Shown here piece after piece: positions 32,916 to 41,997 of a DNA stretch of 64,000 nt. How positions within the stretch are numbered: the stretch's first letter is position 1; the number at the start of each line of letters is the position of its first letter. The stretch comes from an uncultured delta proteobacterium. GTDB lineage: Bacteria; Myxococcota_A; Polyangia; Polyangiales; JAFGIB01. Made by a program: the position numbers and the translations under genes. The notes under the pieces are model-generated. The model was not told the origin of the DNA, made no database searches, and saw nothing but the letters and a program-made list of their open reading frames with translations. The stretch covers positions 192,001-256,000 of the forward strand of contig CAVZVA010000003.1 of the NCBI GenBank assembly GCA_963778655.1. The letters run 5' to 3'.

Positions 32916-35291
32916 CTACTGTTCCGGCTCCGCCGCGTCGTCGAGGAAAGCCGTCACCCAGGCGAGCGGGGCGTTCCAGTTGATCGCTACCTCGTTGGTC
33001 GAGAACGCCTCGATGTTGTCGATGAAGCACTTCTGCGGGGGCTTGCCGCGCAGCCCGGCGCCGCGCGCGTAGGGATCCTGCAGCCCGCTGTTGGGACCGC
33101 CCGACACGAAGCCCGGCGGCGGATCCGGCATGCCGGGCTTGGCCTGCGACGAGAAGAAGCGGTGGTGCGGGTGCAGCAGCGGCCGGGCGCCGTAGCCCGT
33201 GATGTACGACTGATCGAGCGGATTGCGCCCCAGGATGTAGTCCATCGCGCTCACCACCCCGTCCAGGTACTTCGGCTGCTGCGTGAAGTCGTACGCGAGC
33301 GCCAGCACCATGGCGTTGTTCAGCACGCACGAGCTCGAGCCCCACGGGTAGCTGTTGTCGGGCCCTGGTGCGAACGGCAGCCGGTAGCCCTCGTGCGCGC
33401 GCAGCCCGAGCAGCACGTCGGCCGCGGCCACCAGCGCCTTGCGCGCCAACGCGCGCTCTGCCTGCACGGCCGGATTGGCCGACAGCGCGAGGCTGATGGT
33501 GCCGGCGTTCTGCACGTTCTGCCAGGTCATCGCCGTGTGCTGGCCGGCGTCGTCCGCGCTCTGCGGCAGCGTGGTCGCGACCTTGCCCCAAAACGGAGAG
33601 CTCTCGAACGCATTGCGGTAGCTTTGCTCGCCCGTGGTCACGAACAACTCGACCGCCGCCCAGTAGCGCTCGTCGCTCAGGTCGTGGTCGGGGTAGGCGC
33701 CGCCGCCTACGCTCTTGTCCGGCGCCAGCACCTGCGGGTGCGCCTGCGCCGCCTTCCACGCGCGTACCGCCGCCTGCAAGCAGCGCGCGCTGAACGCCGC
33801 GTCGATCGGGCGGAAGATGCGGCTCGCCTGCGCCGCCACGGCCGCCAGGTTGAGCGTGGCCGCGGTGCTCGGCGGATACAGGTAGCGCGGCTCGTGGTCC
33901 TGATCCGGCGCGGTGCCGATCTCGGTCCAGGCGCGGTCGTGGATCTTGTGGTGCACCATGCCGGCGAGCGGCTGACCCTCGGGCACCTGCATCTTGAGCA
34001 GGAACTCCAGCTCGAAGCGCGCCTCGTCGAGCAGATCCGGAACCCCGTTGCCCGCCTCCGGGATCAGCATGCTCTTGTCGCCTACCCGCTGCAGGCCCTT
34101 GCCGAGCGCTGCGGCGCGCTCGTACTGGTCGAGCAGCGTGAACACCGCGATGCCGCCGTTGACCACGTACTTGCCTTGATCACCCGCGTCGTACCAGCCG
34201 CCGGCGACGTCGAGCGCGTAGTTGCAGCCCGAGCCCGGCGCGCACGGCACCGATTTGTCGCTGGTGTGCCCGGCCGGGCGCACCCACCGCGCCTCGCGCG
34301 CGTAAGGCAGCGTGATCGGGACTCCGCTGCGCTGGTGGTAGAAGAACGCGAGCGCATCATAGCGCAGGCGTGCATACAGATCGGCGCGGATCGCGAACGG
34401 GTGGCTCTCGTCCTGTCCCACGCGCAGGCGGTAGCCTTCCCCGGGCGTCTTCGCGCTCGAAAAGTCAATCTCGTGCACGCGGTCACCCGAGGCCGCGTCC
34501 ACCCCGCCCACCACCTGCGTGCTGCCGCTGGCGACCTGCTGCCCGTGCGCATCGAGTAGCTGCCACTGCAGCGGCTGCGCCGCCGCGCTCTTGACGGTCG
34601 CGAGCTTGGCCGCGTCCGGGAGGTAGCCGAGCTGGTTCACCAGCACGTTGGGAACGGGCGCCTTCTCCGCGGGCGGCGGGCGCGTGTAGTCGTCGTCCTC
34701 GAGCACCACGTCGTCGATGCACACCTGATAGGGCACGGGCCCGGCCGCCAGCTCGCCGCCGTCGTGGAACGCCAGCTCCGCGGTCGGGTCGTCGGGTTGC
34801 TGCATGATGATCTCCGCGCCGAACAGCTGCGGCGCGGTCGAAAGCTGGATGGTGTCGGCCCAGTACTCCGCGTAGGGCGGGCCGGCCATGCCCAGCTTGG
34901 GCCGCACGCGCAGCGGGCGACTGGCCCAGGCGCGGAAGCGCACGCGATAGCTGTGGCCGCGCTGGATCACGAGCTGGCGGTGCCGCACCTGCACGTCCCA
35001 GCGGTTCTTCCCCGGATTGCGCACCTGGATGCAAAAGGCGCCTCCGACCACGTCCCCGTCGCCATCGGCCGGCGCGCTGAACACGGTGCTCCAAGGCAAG
35101 CTGATGCCGCCGTCGAAGCTGCCGTTCTGCAGCAAATTGTGCGGCGAGCGCGGGTCAGCCGCGGCCGCAGCCCCGATCGGTACCGTGCCCGAAGGCGGCA
35201 GCAGGCACGCCGGCGCCGGCAGCACGAGCAAGCCCAGCGCGGCGAGCAGGTGGCGGCGCGGTTGCGCGTAGTGCAGGGCCGGACGGCGCAC
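32916..35291 (-). CDS. secreted GH9 cellulase with N-terminal CBM4 and Ig-like module
   Basis: NLLQNGSFD..PW..IDDV (CBM4), VNQLGYLP (Ig-like), DVAGGWYDAGDQGKY, DYILGRNP..SYITGYG, HPHHR, STNEVAINWNAPL. Confidence 0.92.
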   Translation of the reverse strand: MRRPALHYAQPRRHLLAALGLLVLPAPACLLPPSGTVPIGAAAAADPRSPHNLLQNGSFDGGISLPWSTVFSAPADGDGDVVGGAFCIQVRNPGKNRWDVQVRHRQLVIQRGHSYRVRFRAWASRPLRVRPKLGMAGPPYAEYWADTIQLSTAPQLFGAEIIMQQPDDPTAELAFHDGGELAAGPVPYQVCIDDVVLEDDDYTRPPPAEKAPVPNVLVNQLGYLPDAAKLATVKSAAAQPLQWQLLDAHGQQVASGSTQVVGGVDAASGDRVHEIDFSSAKTPGEGYRLRVGQDESHPFAIRADLYARLRYDALAFFYHQRSGVPITLPYAREARWVRPAGHTSDKSVPCAPGSGCNYALDVAGGWYDAGDQGKYVVNGGIAVFTLLDQYERAAALGKGLQRVGDKSMLIPEAGNGVPDLLDEARFELEFLLKMQVPEGQPLAGMVHHKIHDRAWTEIGTAPDQDHEPRYLYPPSTAATLNLAAVAAQASRIFRPIDAAFSARCLQAAVRAWKAAQAHPQVLAPDKSVGGGAYPDHDLSDERYWAAVELFVTTGEQSYRNAFESSPFWGKVATTLPQSADDAGQHTAMTWQNVQNAGTISLALSANPAVQAERALARKALVAAADVLLGLRAHEGYRLPFAPGPDNSYPWGSSSCVLNNAMVLALAYDFTQQPKYLDGVVSAMDYILGRNPLDQSYITGYGARPLLHPHHRFFSSQAKPGMPDPPPGFVSGGPNSGLQDPYARGAGLRGKPPQKCFIDNIEAFSTNEVAINWNAPLAWVTAFLDDAAEPEQ

Positions 35292-35300
35292 GGTGCCCTG

Positions 35301-35330
35301 CAGTGGTCCAGGCCGTCGCTGATCGGGTCA
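35301..35330 (-). promoter_or_regulatory. putative alternative-sigma promoter TGACCC-N18-CCACTG upstream of GH9
   Basis: Plus-strand GGGTCA at 35325-35330 and CAGTGG at 35301-35306; GTG start about 10 nt downstream. Confidence 0.55.
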
Positions 35331-35363
35331 GTGAAAAAACCGCAGCGTCGTTCCCCGGGTGCG

Positions 35364-35393
35364 TGACCCGATGGATACGGGGGCGCCCCACAG
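35364..35393 (+). promoter_or_regulatory. putative alternative-sigma promoter TGACCC-N18-CCACAG upstream of the CBM11-like/beta-barrel pair
   Basis: TGACCC at 35364-35369 and CCAC at 35388-35391, back to back with the GH9 copy. Confidence 0.55.
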
Positions 35394-35476
35394 AGTGGTC
35401 ACGATTGTCCAGGCACGGGAGAGGGGCGCGGTGCATGGCTGCGACCCGCCTGGTGCGCGCAACGAGGCGGTGCGTG

Positions 35477-36436
35477 ATGAGGATCTCGGTTGGCTCTTGG
35501 CTCGTGTTCGCAGTGGCGGTGGGATGGCTTGCATCCGGGTGCGCGTCGGCAGGCGACTCCGGCGGCCGCGGCGGCAGCGGCGGTCAGGGCTCGGGTAGCG
35601 GTGGCTCCGGATCGGCGGCGCAAGGATCCAACAACGGCACCACCGTGACCTATATGGGCGGGTCGAGCGCGGGCGGGAGCGGATCCTCGAGCGCGCAGGC
35701 CGGCAGCGGCTCCGGTGCTACGGGTGCTGCTGGCAGCGGCTCGGGCGAGAGCGGCAGCTCAGGCGGCGGCAGCTCCGCCGCCGTGGATTGCAGCGCCCTG
35801 CCGCTTCCCGCCAATTCCGACGACGTGATCTCGACGTTCGAGGACGGCACGGGCTCCGTCAGCCAGGTCGCGGGACGCGGGGGCGGGTTCTACATGTTCA
35901 ACGACGGGACCGGCACGCAGATGCCGCCGCCCGGCGCGCTGCCGGACGCGACCAAGGTCGATCGCTGCGACAGCATGTTCGCGCTGTGCATGTCCGGCAG
36001 CGGCTTCACCATGTGGGGCGCGGGCATGGGCACCGATCTCGGGCCCACCAGCGGCGGCGGTGACGGCGGCACGGGCACCAAGTCGCCCTACGACGCCAGC
36101 ATGTACAAGGGCATCAGCTTCTGGGCCAAGGCCAACGCGGGCTCGACCGGCGCGATTCGCGTGAGCCTCAAGGACAAGAACACCGCGCCCGAGGGCGGCG
36201 TGTGCGACGACAGCGTCAGCAGCGGCGCCACCGCCTGCAACGACGACTGGGGCAAGGCGCTCACGCTGACCATGGACTGGAAGCCGTACACCATCATGTT
36301 CGCCGACATGCGCCAGTCCGGCTGGGGTGCCGCGTACTCGGCCTTCGACGTCAAGAACGTCTACTCGTTGCAGTTCCAGGTCAACCAGGGTCTCGACTTC
36401 GACCTCTGCATCGACGACCTGGCCTTCGTTCGCTAG
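35477..36436 (+). CDS. lipoprotein with Gly/Ser linker and CBM11-like carbohydrate-binding domain
   Basis: Lipobox LASGC; G/S-rich linker; ISTFEDG, WGAGMG, YDAS.YKGISFWAK, DWKPYTIMFAD, IDDLAF. No catalytic domain seen. Confidence 0.72.
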   Translation: MRISVGSWLVFAVAVGWLASGCASAGDSGGRGGSGGQGSGSGGSGSAAQGSNNGTTVTYMGGSSAGGSGSSSAQAGSGSGATGAAGSGSGESGSSGGGSSAAVDCSALPLPANSDDVISTFEDGTGSVSQVAGRGGGFYMFNDGTGTQMPPPGALPDATKVDRCDSMFALCMSGSGFTMWGAGMGTDLGPTSGGGDGGTGTKSPYDASMYKGISFWAKANAGSTGAIRVSLKDKNTAPEGGVCDDSVSSGATACNDDWGKALTLTMDWKPYTIMFADMRQSGWGAAYSAFDVKNVYSLQFQVNQGLDFDLCIDDLAFVR

Positions 36437-36504
36437 AGGCTACGCCAGAGCACGCGCAAGCGACGACGCGTTTGCGTTCCACCCACGACGACGGAAGAGG
36501 CCGC

Positions 36505-38280
36505 ATGCGCGCAGCGTTTGCCACCACCCTAGTACTGTGCTTCGGCAGCGCCGTCGCACACGCCCAACAATCCGACCAGGGCACAGCGACGCAGCCCGCG
36601 CCCGGCGATCAGCCGAGCGAGCCCGCACAGACCCTCGCGCCGTCGGCGACGTCGCTGGATCTGGCCCCGCCGTCGGAGGCCGCGCCAGCCGAGGTCGCGC
36701 AGCCAGCCCCGGCCCCGGCCCCGGCCCCGGCCCCAGCCCCGGCCCCGGCCCCGGCCCCGGCGAGCAGGGCACAACCGGCAGCGAGCGTCGAGCCAGCGGC
36801 AGCGCAGCCGGCCGCGACCACGACGAGCTCGGTGCCGCGCGCGGCGCCTCAGGTGGGCCTCGCCCCGGGCACCCCGCAGACGGGCACGCTGGAGCTGGCC
36901 GCGCCGGCGACACAAACCCTGACCACCACCCCCACCGAGAGCGAGTGGAAGTTCGACTTCCACGGCTTCATGCGCGCGCCGATGCGCGTGGGCTTCGGCT
37001 CGGGCAAGGGATTCGTGCCCGAGGCCGGCACCGGGCTCAAGCTCCACTCCCCGCCTCAGATCCCGGACGGTACCTTCACCGACTGGCGCTACACCAACAC
37101 CCAGCCCGGCCCTTGGGCGGAGCTGCACTTCTCGTACGGCAACACGCGCGTGACCGGCAACGTGCTGATCGCCGCCTACAACATGACCGACGGCGGCTAC
37201 CGCAACCTGCAATCTCAGCTCGGGATCAACCAGGCCTACATCACGCTCAACGAGGCCGACCTGCTCGGCGCCCACGGCGGCCTGATCTGGAACGTGGGCG
37301 TGTTCGCGAACCGCTACGGCGCGGCCGGCCGCTACGACGCGGGCGCCTACGACAGCTACCTGATTGGTCGCACGCACGTCGCGGGCGAGACGCTGACCGG
37401 CTTCTACAACCTGAGCGACACGCTCACGCTGACGCTCGAGCACGGCATCGGCGCCAAGCTCGAGATGCCGCCGCTGGTCGACGGCCTGCCCCAGCCGAAC
37501 CCGCCCTACTTGCCCTACGCCGGCCCGGTCCAGCAGGGCACGCAGCTGGTACACCACGCGCACGTGCAGCTCGCGTACACCGACGAGCTGCAGATTGGCG
37601 CGCACTACCTCAGCACCTGGACCGACGACGCGCGCTTGATGGGCGAGGTCGACGGCCGCATCACGGTGGTGGGCGCCGACATCAAGCTGGTGGGCAGCCG
37701 CTTTGGCGACGGCTACATCGGCTATGCGCACCTGAGCTCGCGCAATCCGCTGCGTGTGGGCGAGGGCCTCGAGCTGCTGCACTCGCTGGCCGGCTGGAAT
37801 CTGCGCGACAATTTCTTCGGTCCCGACGCCACCGGCAGCGGAACCATCGACAGCGTGCTGTGGCAGCACAGCTTCAGCTTCGCGCGCTTCTTGCGCTATC
37901 CGGAGGCGTTCTGGGGCCAGGGCCCAGACGTGGTGTGGTCGATCTTCGGCATGTACAACCACGTCGCCAGCAAGGACCCGATGTTCACCGGCGCCAAGGA
38001 CAAGCTCAAATGGGGCAGCGAGCTGGTGTACACGCCGTTTGGCTTCATGGGCATCGGCGGGCGCTACGACTGGGTGCAGCCCGACCTGTCGCACAGCAGC
38101 CAGAGCTTTCACGCGCTCTCGCCCAAGCTGATCTTCCGCTCGCAGTTCGTCAGCCACGAGCAGTTCGTGCTGCAGTACACGCACTACCTCAACGGCGACG
38201 GGGTGAGCCCCGCCTGGCCGAGCGTGGGCCTCAAGCCCGACCGGGACACCTTCATGGTGTCCGCGATCATGTGGTGGTGA
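36505..38280 (+). CDS. predicted outer-membrane beta-barrel protein of unknown family
   Basis: Sec signal (AVAHA/Q), Pro/Ala linker, WKFDFHGFMRAP first strand, alternating aromatic strands, aromatic C-terminus FMVSAIMWW. Confidence 0.65.
   Translation: MRAAFATTLVLCFGSAVAHAQQSDQGTATQPAPGDQPSEPAQTLAPSATSLDLAPPSEAAPAEVAQPAPAPAPAPAPAPAPAPAPASRAQPAASVEPAAAQPAATTTSSVPRAAPQVGLAPGTPQTGTLELAAPATQTLTTTPTESEWKFDFHGFMRAPMRVGFGSGKGFVPEAGTGLKLHSPPQIPDGTFTDWRYTNTQPGPWAELHFSYGNTRVTGNVLIAAYNMTDGGYRNLQSQLGINQAYITLNEADLLGAHGGLIWNVGVFANRYGAAGRYDAGAYDSYLIGRTHVAGETLTGFYNLSDTLTLTLEHGIGAKLEMPPLVDGLPQPNPPYLPYAGPVQQGTQLVHHAHVQLAYTDELQIGAHYLSTWTDDARLMGEVDGRITVVGADIKLVGSRFGDGYIGYAHLSSRNPLRVGEGLELLHSLAGWNLRDNFFGPDATGSGTIDSVLWQHSFSFARFLRYPEAFWGQGPDVVWSIFGMYNHVASKDPMFTGAKDKLKWGSELVYTPFGFMGIGGRYDWVQPDLSHSSQSFHALSPKLIFRSQFVSHEQFVLQYTHYLNGDGVSPAWPSVGLKPDRDTFMVSAIMWW
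36703..36762 (+). repeat. hexamer tandem repeat CCRGCC x10 encoding (PA)10
   Basis: Read directly; in frame within the beta-barrel gene linker. Confidence 0.9.
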
Positions 38281-38297
38281 GCCCCGCGCGGGCGCGC

Positions 38298-39464
38298 TCA
38301 GCCGAACAGGCGCGCCGACGCGATCCGCGCGCCTTCGACCAGCGCGCGCAGCTTGGCCCAGGCGATCTCGGGCACGACGTTGCTGGCGCCGGCCGAAGTC
38401 TCCAGGCCGCAGTCGGTGCCGGCGATCACGCGCGAGGGGGCCCCCAGCGCGCGCGCGACCAGCAGCAGCCGGTCGGCGACCGCTTCGGGGTGCTCGACGT
38501 AATTGGTGGTGGTGTCGATCACGCCAGGAATCAGCAGCGCGTTCTGCGGCAAGCAGCCGCTTTCGAAGAGATGGTACTCGTGGCTGTGACGCGGATTGGC
38601 CATCGACAGCAGAAAGGCTCCAGCGCGCACTCGGGCAAGCTCGGGCCAGATGTCCTGCAGCGCGACGTCGAGGTCGTGGGCGCCCTCGTAGTTGCCCCAG
38701 CACACGTGCAGGCGCACGCGCTCGGGAGGCACGCCTGAAAGCGCGCGGTTGAGCGCGTCCACGACCACGCGCATGAACGCCAGAAACTCGGACAGCGGCT
38801 TGTCCTGAAACAAGGTGTGGCGCTCGAGCGCGAGGTCCGGCGCGTCGATCTGAAGCACGAAGCCGTGGTCGGCGATCACGCGGTATTCGGTGTGCAGCGC
38901 CTCGCCGAGCGCCCCGACGTAGCTCTCGAGGTCGTCGTAGAACGCGTTCTGCATCGCCGCGGCCACGATCCCCGGCGAGGGCGAGGACACGAACGCCTCG
39001 CGATAGGCGCCGCAATGGGGCTCGAGCAGGCGCCGCAGCTGCGCGCACTCCTGCTCGATCGGCGTTGCTGATACGTAGCGCACCTCAGCGACCGCTTGCG
39101 GCGCGTGCAGCAAGTCGACGTTGGCGCGCAGCCCGCGCACCCGCCTGCGCTCCTCCAAGTAGCTCGGATAGCGCAACAGATCGCCCATCGCGCGGCGCTG
39201 GCTCTGGCCGCCGAAGCCGCTCATGCGATGGCGCAGGTAGGTGAAGAAGCTCTCGCGCGCAACCTCGCCGTTGTTGATCAGGTCGAGGCCGAGCTCGAGC
39301 TGGCGCGCGATCACCTCGGCGGTGGCGGCGTCGGCGAGCGCCTGCAGCTGCGCCGGGTCGACGACCTCGCCGCGCGCCTGTGCCGCCTGCAGCGCGCTCA
39401 GCGCCGCCGGCCGCGGCAAGCTGCCCGCGTGCGTCGTCAGGATGCGCGTTTGGCTCCGCTCCAT
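38298..39464 (-). CDS. cobalamin-independent methionine synthase II family protein (MetE C-terminal-like)
   Basis: ILTTHAGSLPRP, NNGE, LQIDAPDLA, LHVCWGNYEG, ANPRH.HE, PGVID..TN.VEHPE, AGTDCG. Confidence 0.88.
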   Translation of the reverse strand: MERSQTRILTTHAGSLPRPAALSALQAAQARGEVVDPAQLQALADAATAEVIARQLELGLDLINNGEVARESFFTYLRHRMSGFGGQSQRRAMGDLLRYPSYLEERRRVRGLRANVDLLHAPQAVAEVRYVSATPIEQECAQLRRLLEPHCGAYREAFVSSPSPGIVAAAMQNAFYDDLESYVGALGEALHTEYRVIADHGFVLQIDAPDLALERHTLFQDKPLSEFLAFMRVVVDALNRALSGVPPERVRLHVCWGNYEGAHDLDVALQDIWPELARVRAGAFLLSMANPRHSHEYHLFESGCLPQNALLIPGVIDTTTNYVEHPEAVADRLLLVARALGAPSRVIAGTDCGLETSAGASNVVPEIAWAKLRALVEGARIASARLFG

Positions 39465-39549
39465 CGCCCGCACCGGCGAGCGCGGGGGGCGCACACCGGT
39501 GCAGGCAGGCTAGCACGCCCGTGGCACGCCTGGGACGGCGTGCCCGGCG

Positions 39550-40737
39550 CTACGGCATGCAGCAGCTGTTGCTGGAGTGCTGGGCGACGCAGTCGGCCGT
39601 CATCTTGGCCCAGATCGCCTGAGCCATCGCGGCCGAGCCCATGGAGTTGGGATGGATGTCGCCGGCCGCGAAGTACTCCGGGTGGTTCTCGAAGACGGGG
39701 ATCAGATCCACGAAATGACAGCGGACCTTGCCGGTCCTCTGGAACGTGCCCTCGCACTGTGCCTTGATCATCGGCAGCGCGTAATCGAGGGTCGCGTTCG
39801 GATCGTCTCCACCGAGCGCCGTGCCGTTGGGCACGTGCGGGTAGAAGAAGTACAGCACGTCGGTAACGCCGACCTCGGCCATGCGATCGAAGAGCTTGTC
39901 GGCGGTGTCGAACGATTGCTTGACAATCATCTGGCAGATCGGATCGCTGGCCGCGTTCGACTCGTTCTTGCAGTTGGCGGTGGGGTACATCGTCGCGTCG
40001 GGAATCAGGATGTCGTTGCCCCCGCCATCCATCACCACGAACTTGATGTTGGGATCGGCCGAGACCGCGCTCTCGAACTGATCGGGAATCAGCTGCGCGA
40101 TCCCGCCCTGCGCCATCGAGGCGCCGCCCTGCGCGTACAGACGCCAGGTCTCGCCGGCCACGTTGGCGAGGTCCGCCGGCAGCGTGTGCGAGGCCCAGTT
40201 GATGTACGAGTCGCCGATGATCACGGTCTGGCTCGCGCTCTGCTCGCACGGCGGCTTGTCGCCGCCGCCGCTCATACCCGCCATGCCGCTCATACCCGCC
40301 ATGCCGCTCATGCCTGCGGTGCCGCCGCTCATACCCGCCGTACCGCCGCTCACGCCACCGGTGCCGCTGCCGGCGGTGCTACCCGCGCTGCCGGCGCCGA
40401 CGCCGCCCGTACCGGACGGAACCCCGGCGCCTGCACCGCCGCCGCCCGCCGGCATGCCGTTGCCGCCGGAGACTCCCGTGCCGCCCTGGCCGCTCGCAAG
40501 ACCGGTGTTGCCGGCGGCATTGCCGGCGCCCGGCGGGAGCGTACCCCCGGTGCCCGTGAGGCCGTCCATGGGCGTGCTGACGCCCGGGTTGCTCGGGTTG
40601 CCGCTGTTGTTTTTCGAAGCCGCGCAGCCGGCGCCGAGGCCAGCGAGCGCACCGATCAAGGAAACCAAGAAAGGTCCGCGAAGCGACGCTGTAAGCCAAC
40701 CGTAAGCCCGCTCGGGGCCTTGCCCAACATCAATCAT
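39550..40737 (-). CDS. SGNH/GDSL hydrolase lipoprotein with Gly-rich linker
   Basis: Lipobox LGAGC; IIGDSY, GGAS, DGGGND, GDIHPN blocks. Confidence 0.8.
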   Translation of the reverse strand: MIDVGQGPERAYGWLTASLRGPFLVSLIGALAGLGAGCAASKNNSGNPSNPGVSTPMDGLTGTGGTLPPGAGNAAGNTGLASGQGGTGVSGGNGMPAGGGGAGAGVPSGTGGVGAGSAGSTAGSGTGGVSGGTAGMSGGTAGMSGMAGMSGMAGMSGGGDKPPCEQSASQTVIIGDSYINWASHTLPADLANVAGETWRLYAQGGASMAQGGIAQLIPDQFESAVSADPNIKFVVMDGGGNDILIPDATMYPTANCKNESNAASDPICQMIVKQSFDTADKLFDRMAEVGVTDVLYFFYPHVPNGTALGGDDPNATLDYALPMIKAQCEGTFQRTGKVRCHFVDLIPVFENHPEYFAAGDIHPNSMGSAAMAQAIWAKMTADCVAQHSSNSCCMP

Positions 40738-40962
40738 CTCAACTCCTCCACCTCAGCCCTGGCGCGCTCAGCCGCGCGTCCAAACGACCCCGAATGGGAG
40801 CCAATCAACGCACATGACACATGGCACTGCGATGTGGACGCGGGCAATCCGCTGCGCTCGTCCGCGCGCTCAGAAGACTATCTCGGCAGCTCAACTCTGC
40901 ACCGGCGCGTTGGCAGCCGGGCGTCGCGCACCTGCTGCTTGCTCCCGCGGCTGCCGCGCCAC

Positions 40963-41886
40963 TCAGTAGGGCGCCTGACCGATGATGTTGCCCTGCGGCG
41001 CGTAGTTGCAGATGTAGATCGACGTGGTGCCGCCACCCATCATGCAGGTGGACGCGCCGCAGCCGACCTGCGTGCTGTTCCGCCAGACGATCTGGGTGTA
41101 GTGGCCACAGCCATCGCTGGACATCGCGAGATAGCAGCTCTGGTTGCACTGGTCGGTGCGCATGAACAGCCCGTAGGTCCAGCAGCTGTCCTCGGCCGCC
41201 CACGCGTCGACCGCGTCGACGCCGGTGCGCTGGGACCCCGCGCCGAAGGAGGTGAAGACCGCGAGATTTTCGCCGTACGGGGGATTGGTGCGATGGCGCG
41301 GGTTGCAGTCCATGGCGACCGTGTCGGCCCATTCCTGGGCGTAGTCGGCGAGCATCTGCGACCAGGTGAATGGCGGCAGCGGCATGTCGGTCATGACCCC
41401 CGCGCGCACTTTGTTGTGCTCTTCCAGCACCCCAGCCAGCAGCCCACTGGTGGGCTCGCCACTGGCCGACGTTCCGCCTGCGCCCGCAGCGCCCATGCCA
41501 CCGGTGCCCATGCCGCCCGTGCCCATGCCGCCCGTGCCCATGCCACCGGTGCCCATGCCACCGGTACCCATGCCGCCCGTGCCCATCCCGGCGACGCCGG
41601 CACCGCCGGTTCCGAGCACACCGCCCGTGCCGCCCACGCCGCCCGCGCCCATCGCGACCGGCCCCTGCCCCGCAACGCCTACACCGACCGGCGGCAGGCT
41701 GGCCCCGCCCGTACCACTACCCGGCGCCAGCGTGCCGCCGGTGCCCGGCAAAGCCATGGGCGGTCCCACCGAGTACATCGGGCGTGGACCGCTATCGCTG
41801 TTCGCGCTGCACTGCACGCAGCCGACCATGGCCAGCGCGCAGGCGACGCGGATGCGCCCCTCAACCCCACCGAAGAGTCGCCGCAC
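40963..41886 (-). CDS. CAP (SCP/PR-1) domain secreted protein with Gly-rich linker
   Basis: EHNKVRA, TWSQMLADYAQEWA, YGENL, GHYTQIVWRNSTQVGC, ICNYAPQGN. Confidence 0.88.
   Translation of the reverse strand: MRRLFGGVEGRIRVACALAMVGCVQCSANSDSGPRPMYSVGPPMALPGTGGTLAPGSGTGGASLPPVGVGVAGQGPVAMGAGGVGGTGGVLGTGGAGVAGMGTGGMGTGGMGTGGMGTGGMGTGGMGTGGMGAAGAGGTSASGEPTSGLLAGVLEEHNKVRAGVMTDMPLPPFTWSQMLADYAQEWADTVAMDCNPRHRTNPPYGENLAVFTSFGAGSQRTGVDAVDAWAAEDSCWTYGLFMRTDQCNQSCYLAMSSDGCGHYTQIVWRNSTQVGCGASTCMMGGGTTSIYICNYAPQGNIIGQAPY
41491..41586 (-). repeat. 15-bp tandem repeat x6 encoding (GTGGM)n
   Basis: Units like GCCCATGCCRCCSGT start at 41491, 41506, 41521, 41536, 41551 and 41566. Confidence 0.9.
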
Positions 41887-41997
41887 TGCCGTCCTCCTAG
41901 CTACCGTCCCGCACCCTCATCTCTGCCGTAGCAAATCGCCGTGAAGCGCGCAACGCCGCACGCTTGCGCTCCAGAAGCTTTGCGGGGATGTCGCGGC

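Noticed and set aside
35380..35389. GGGGCGCCCC palindrome as a CelR-like operator
   Set aside because: Pure GC, common at this composition, does not match TGGGAGCGCTCCCA, and is absent from the other cellulose promoters.
36703..41586. In-gene tandem repeats (PA, GMSGMA, GTGGM) as phase-variation switches
   Set aside because: Unit lengths are multiples of three with synonymous variation; they encode ordinary flexible linkers.
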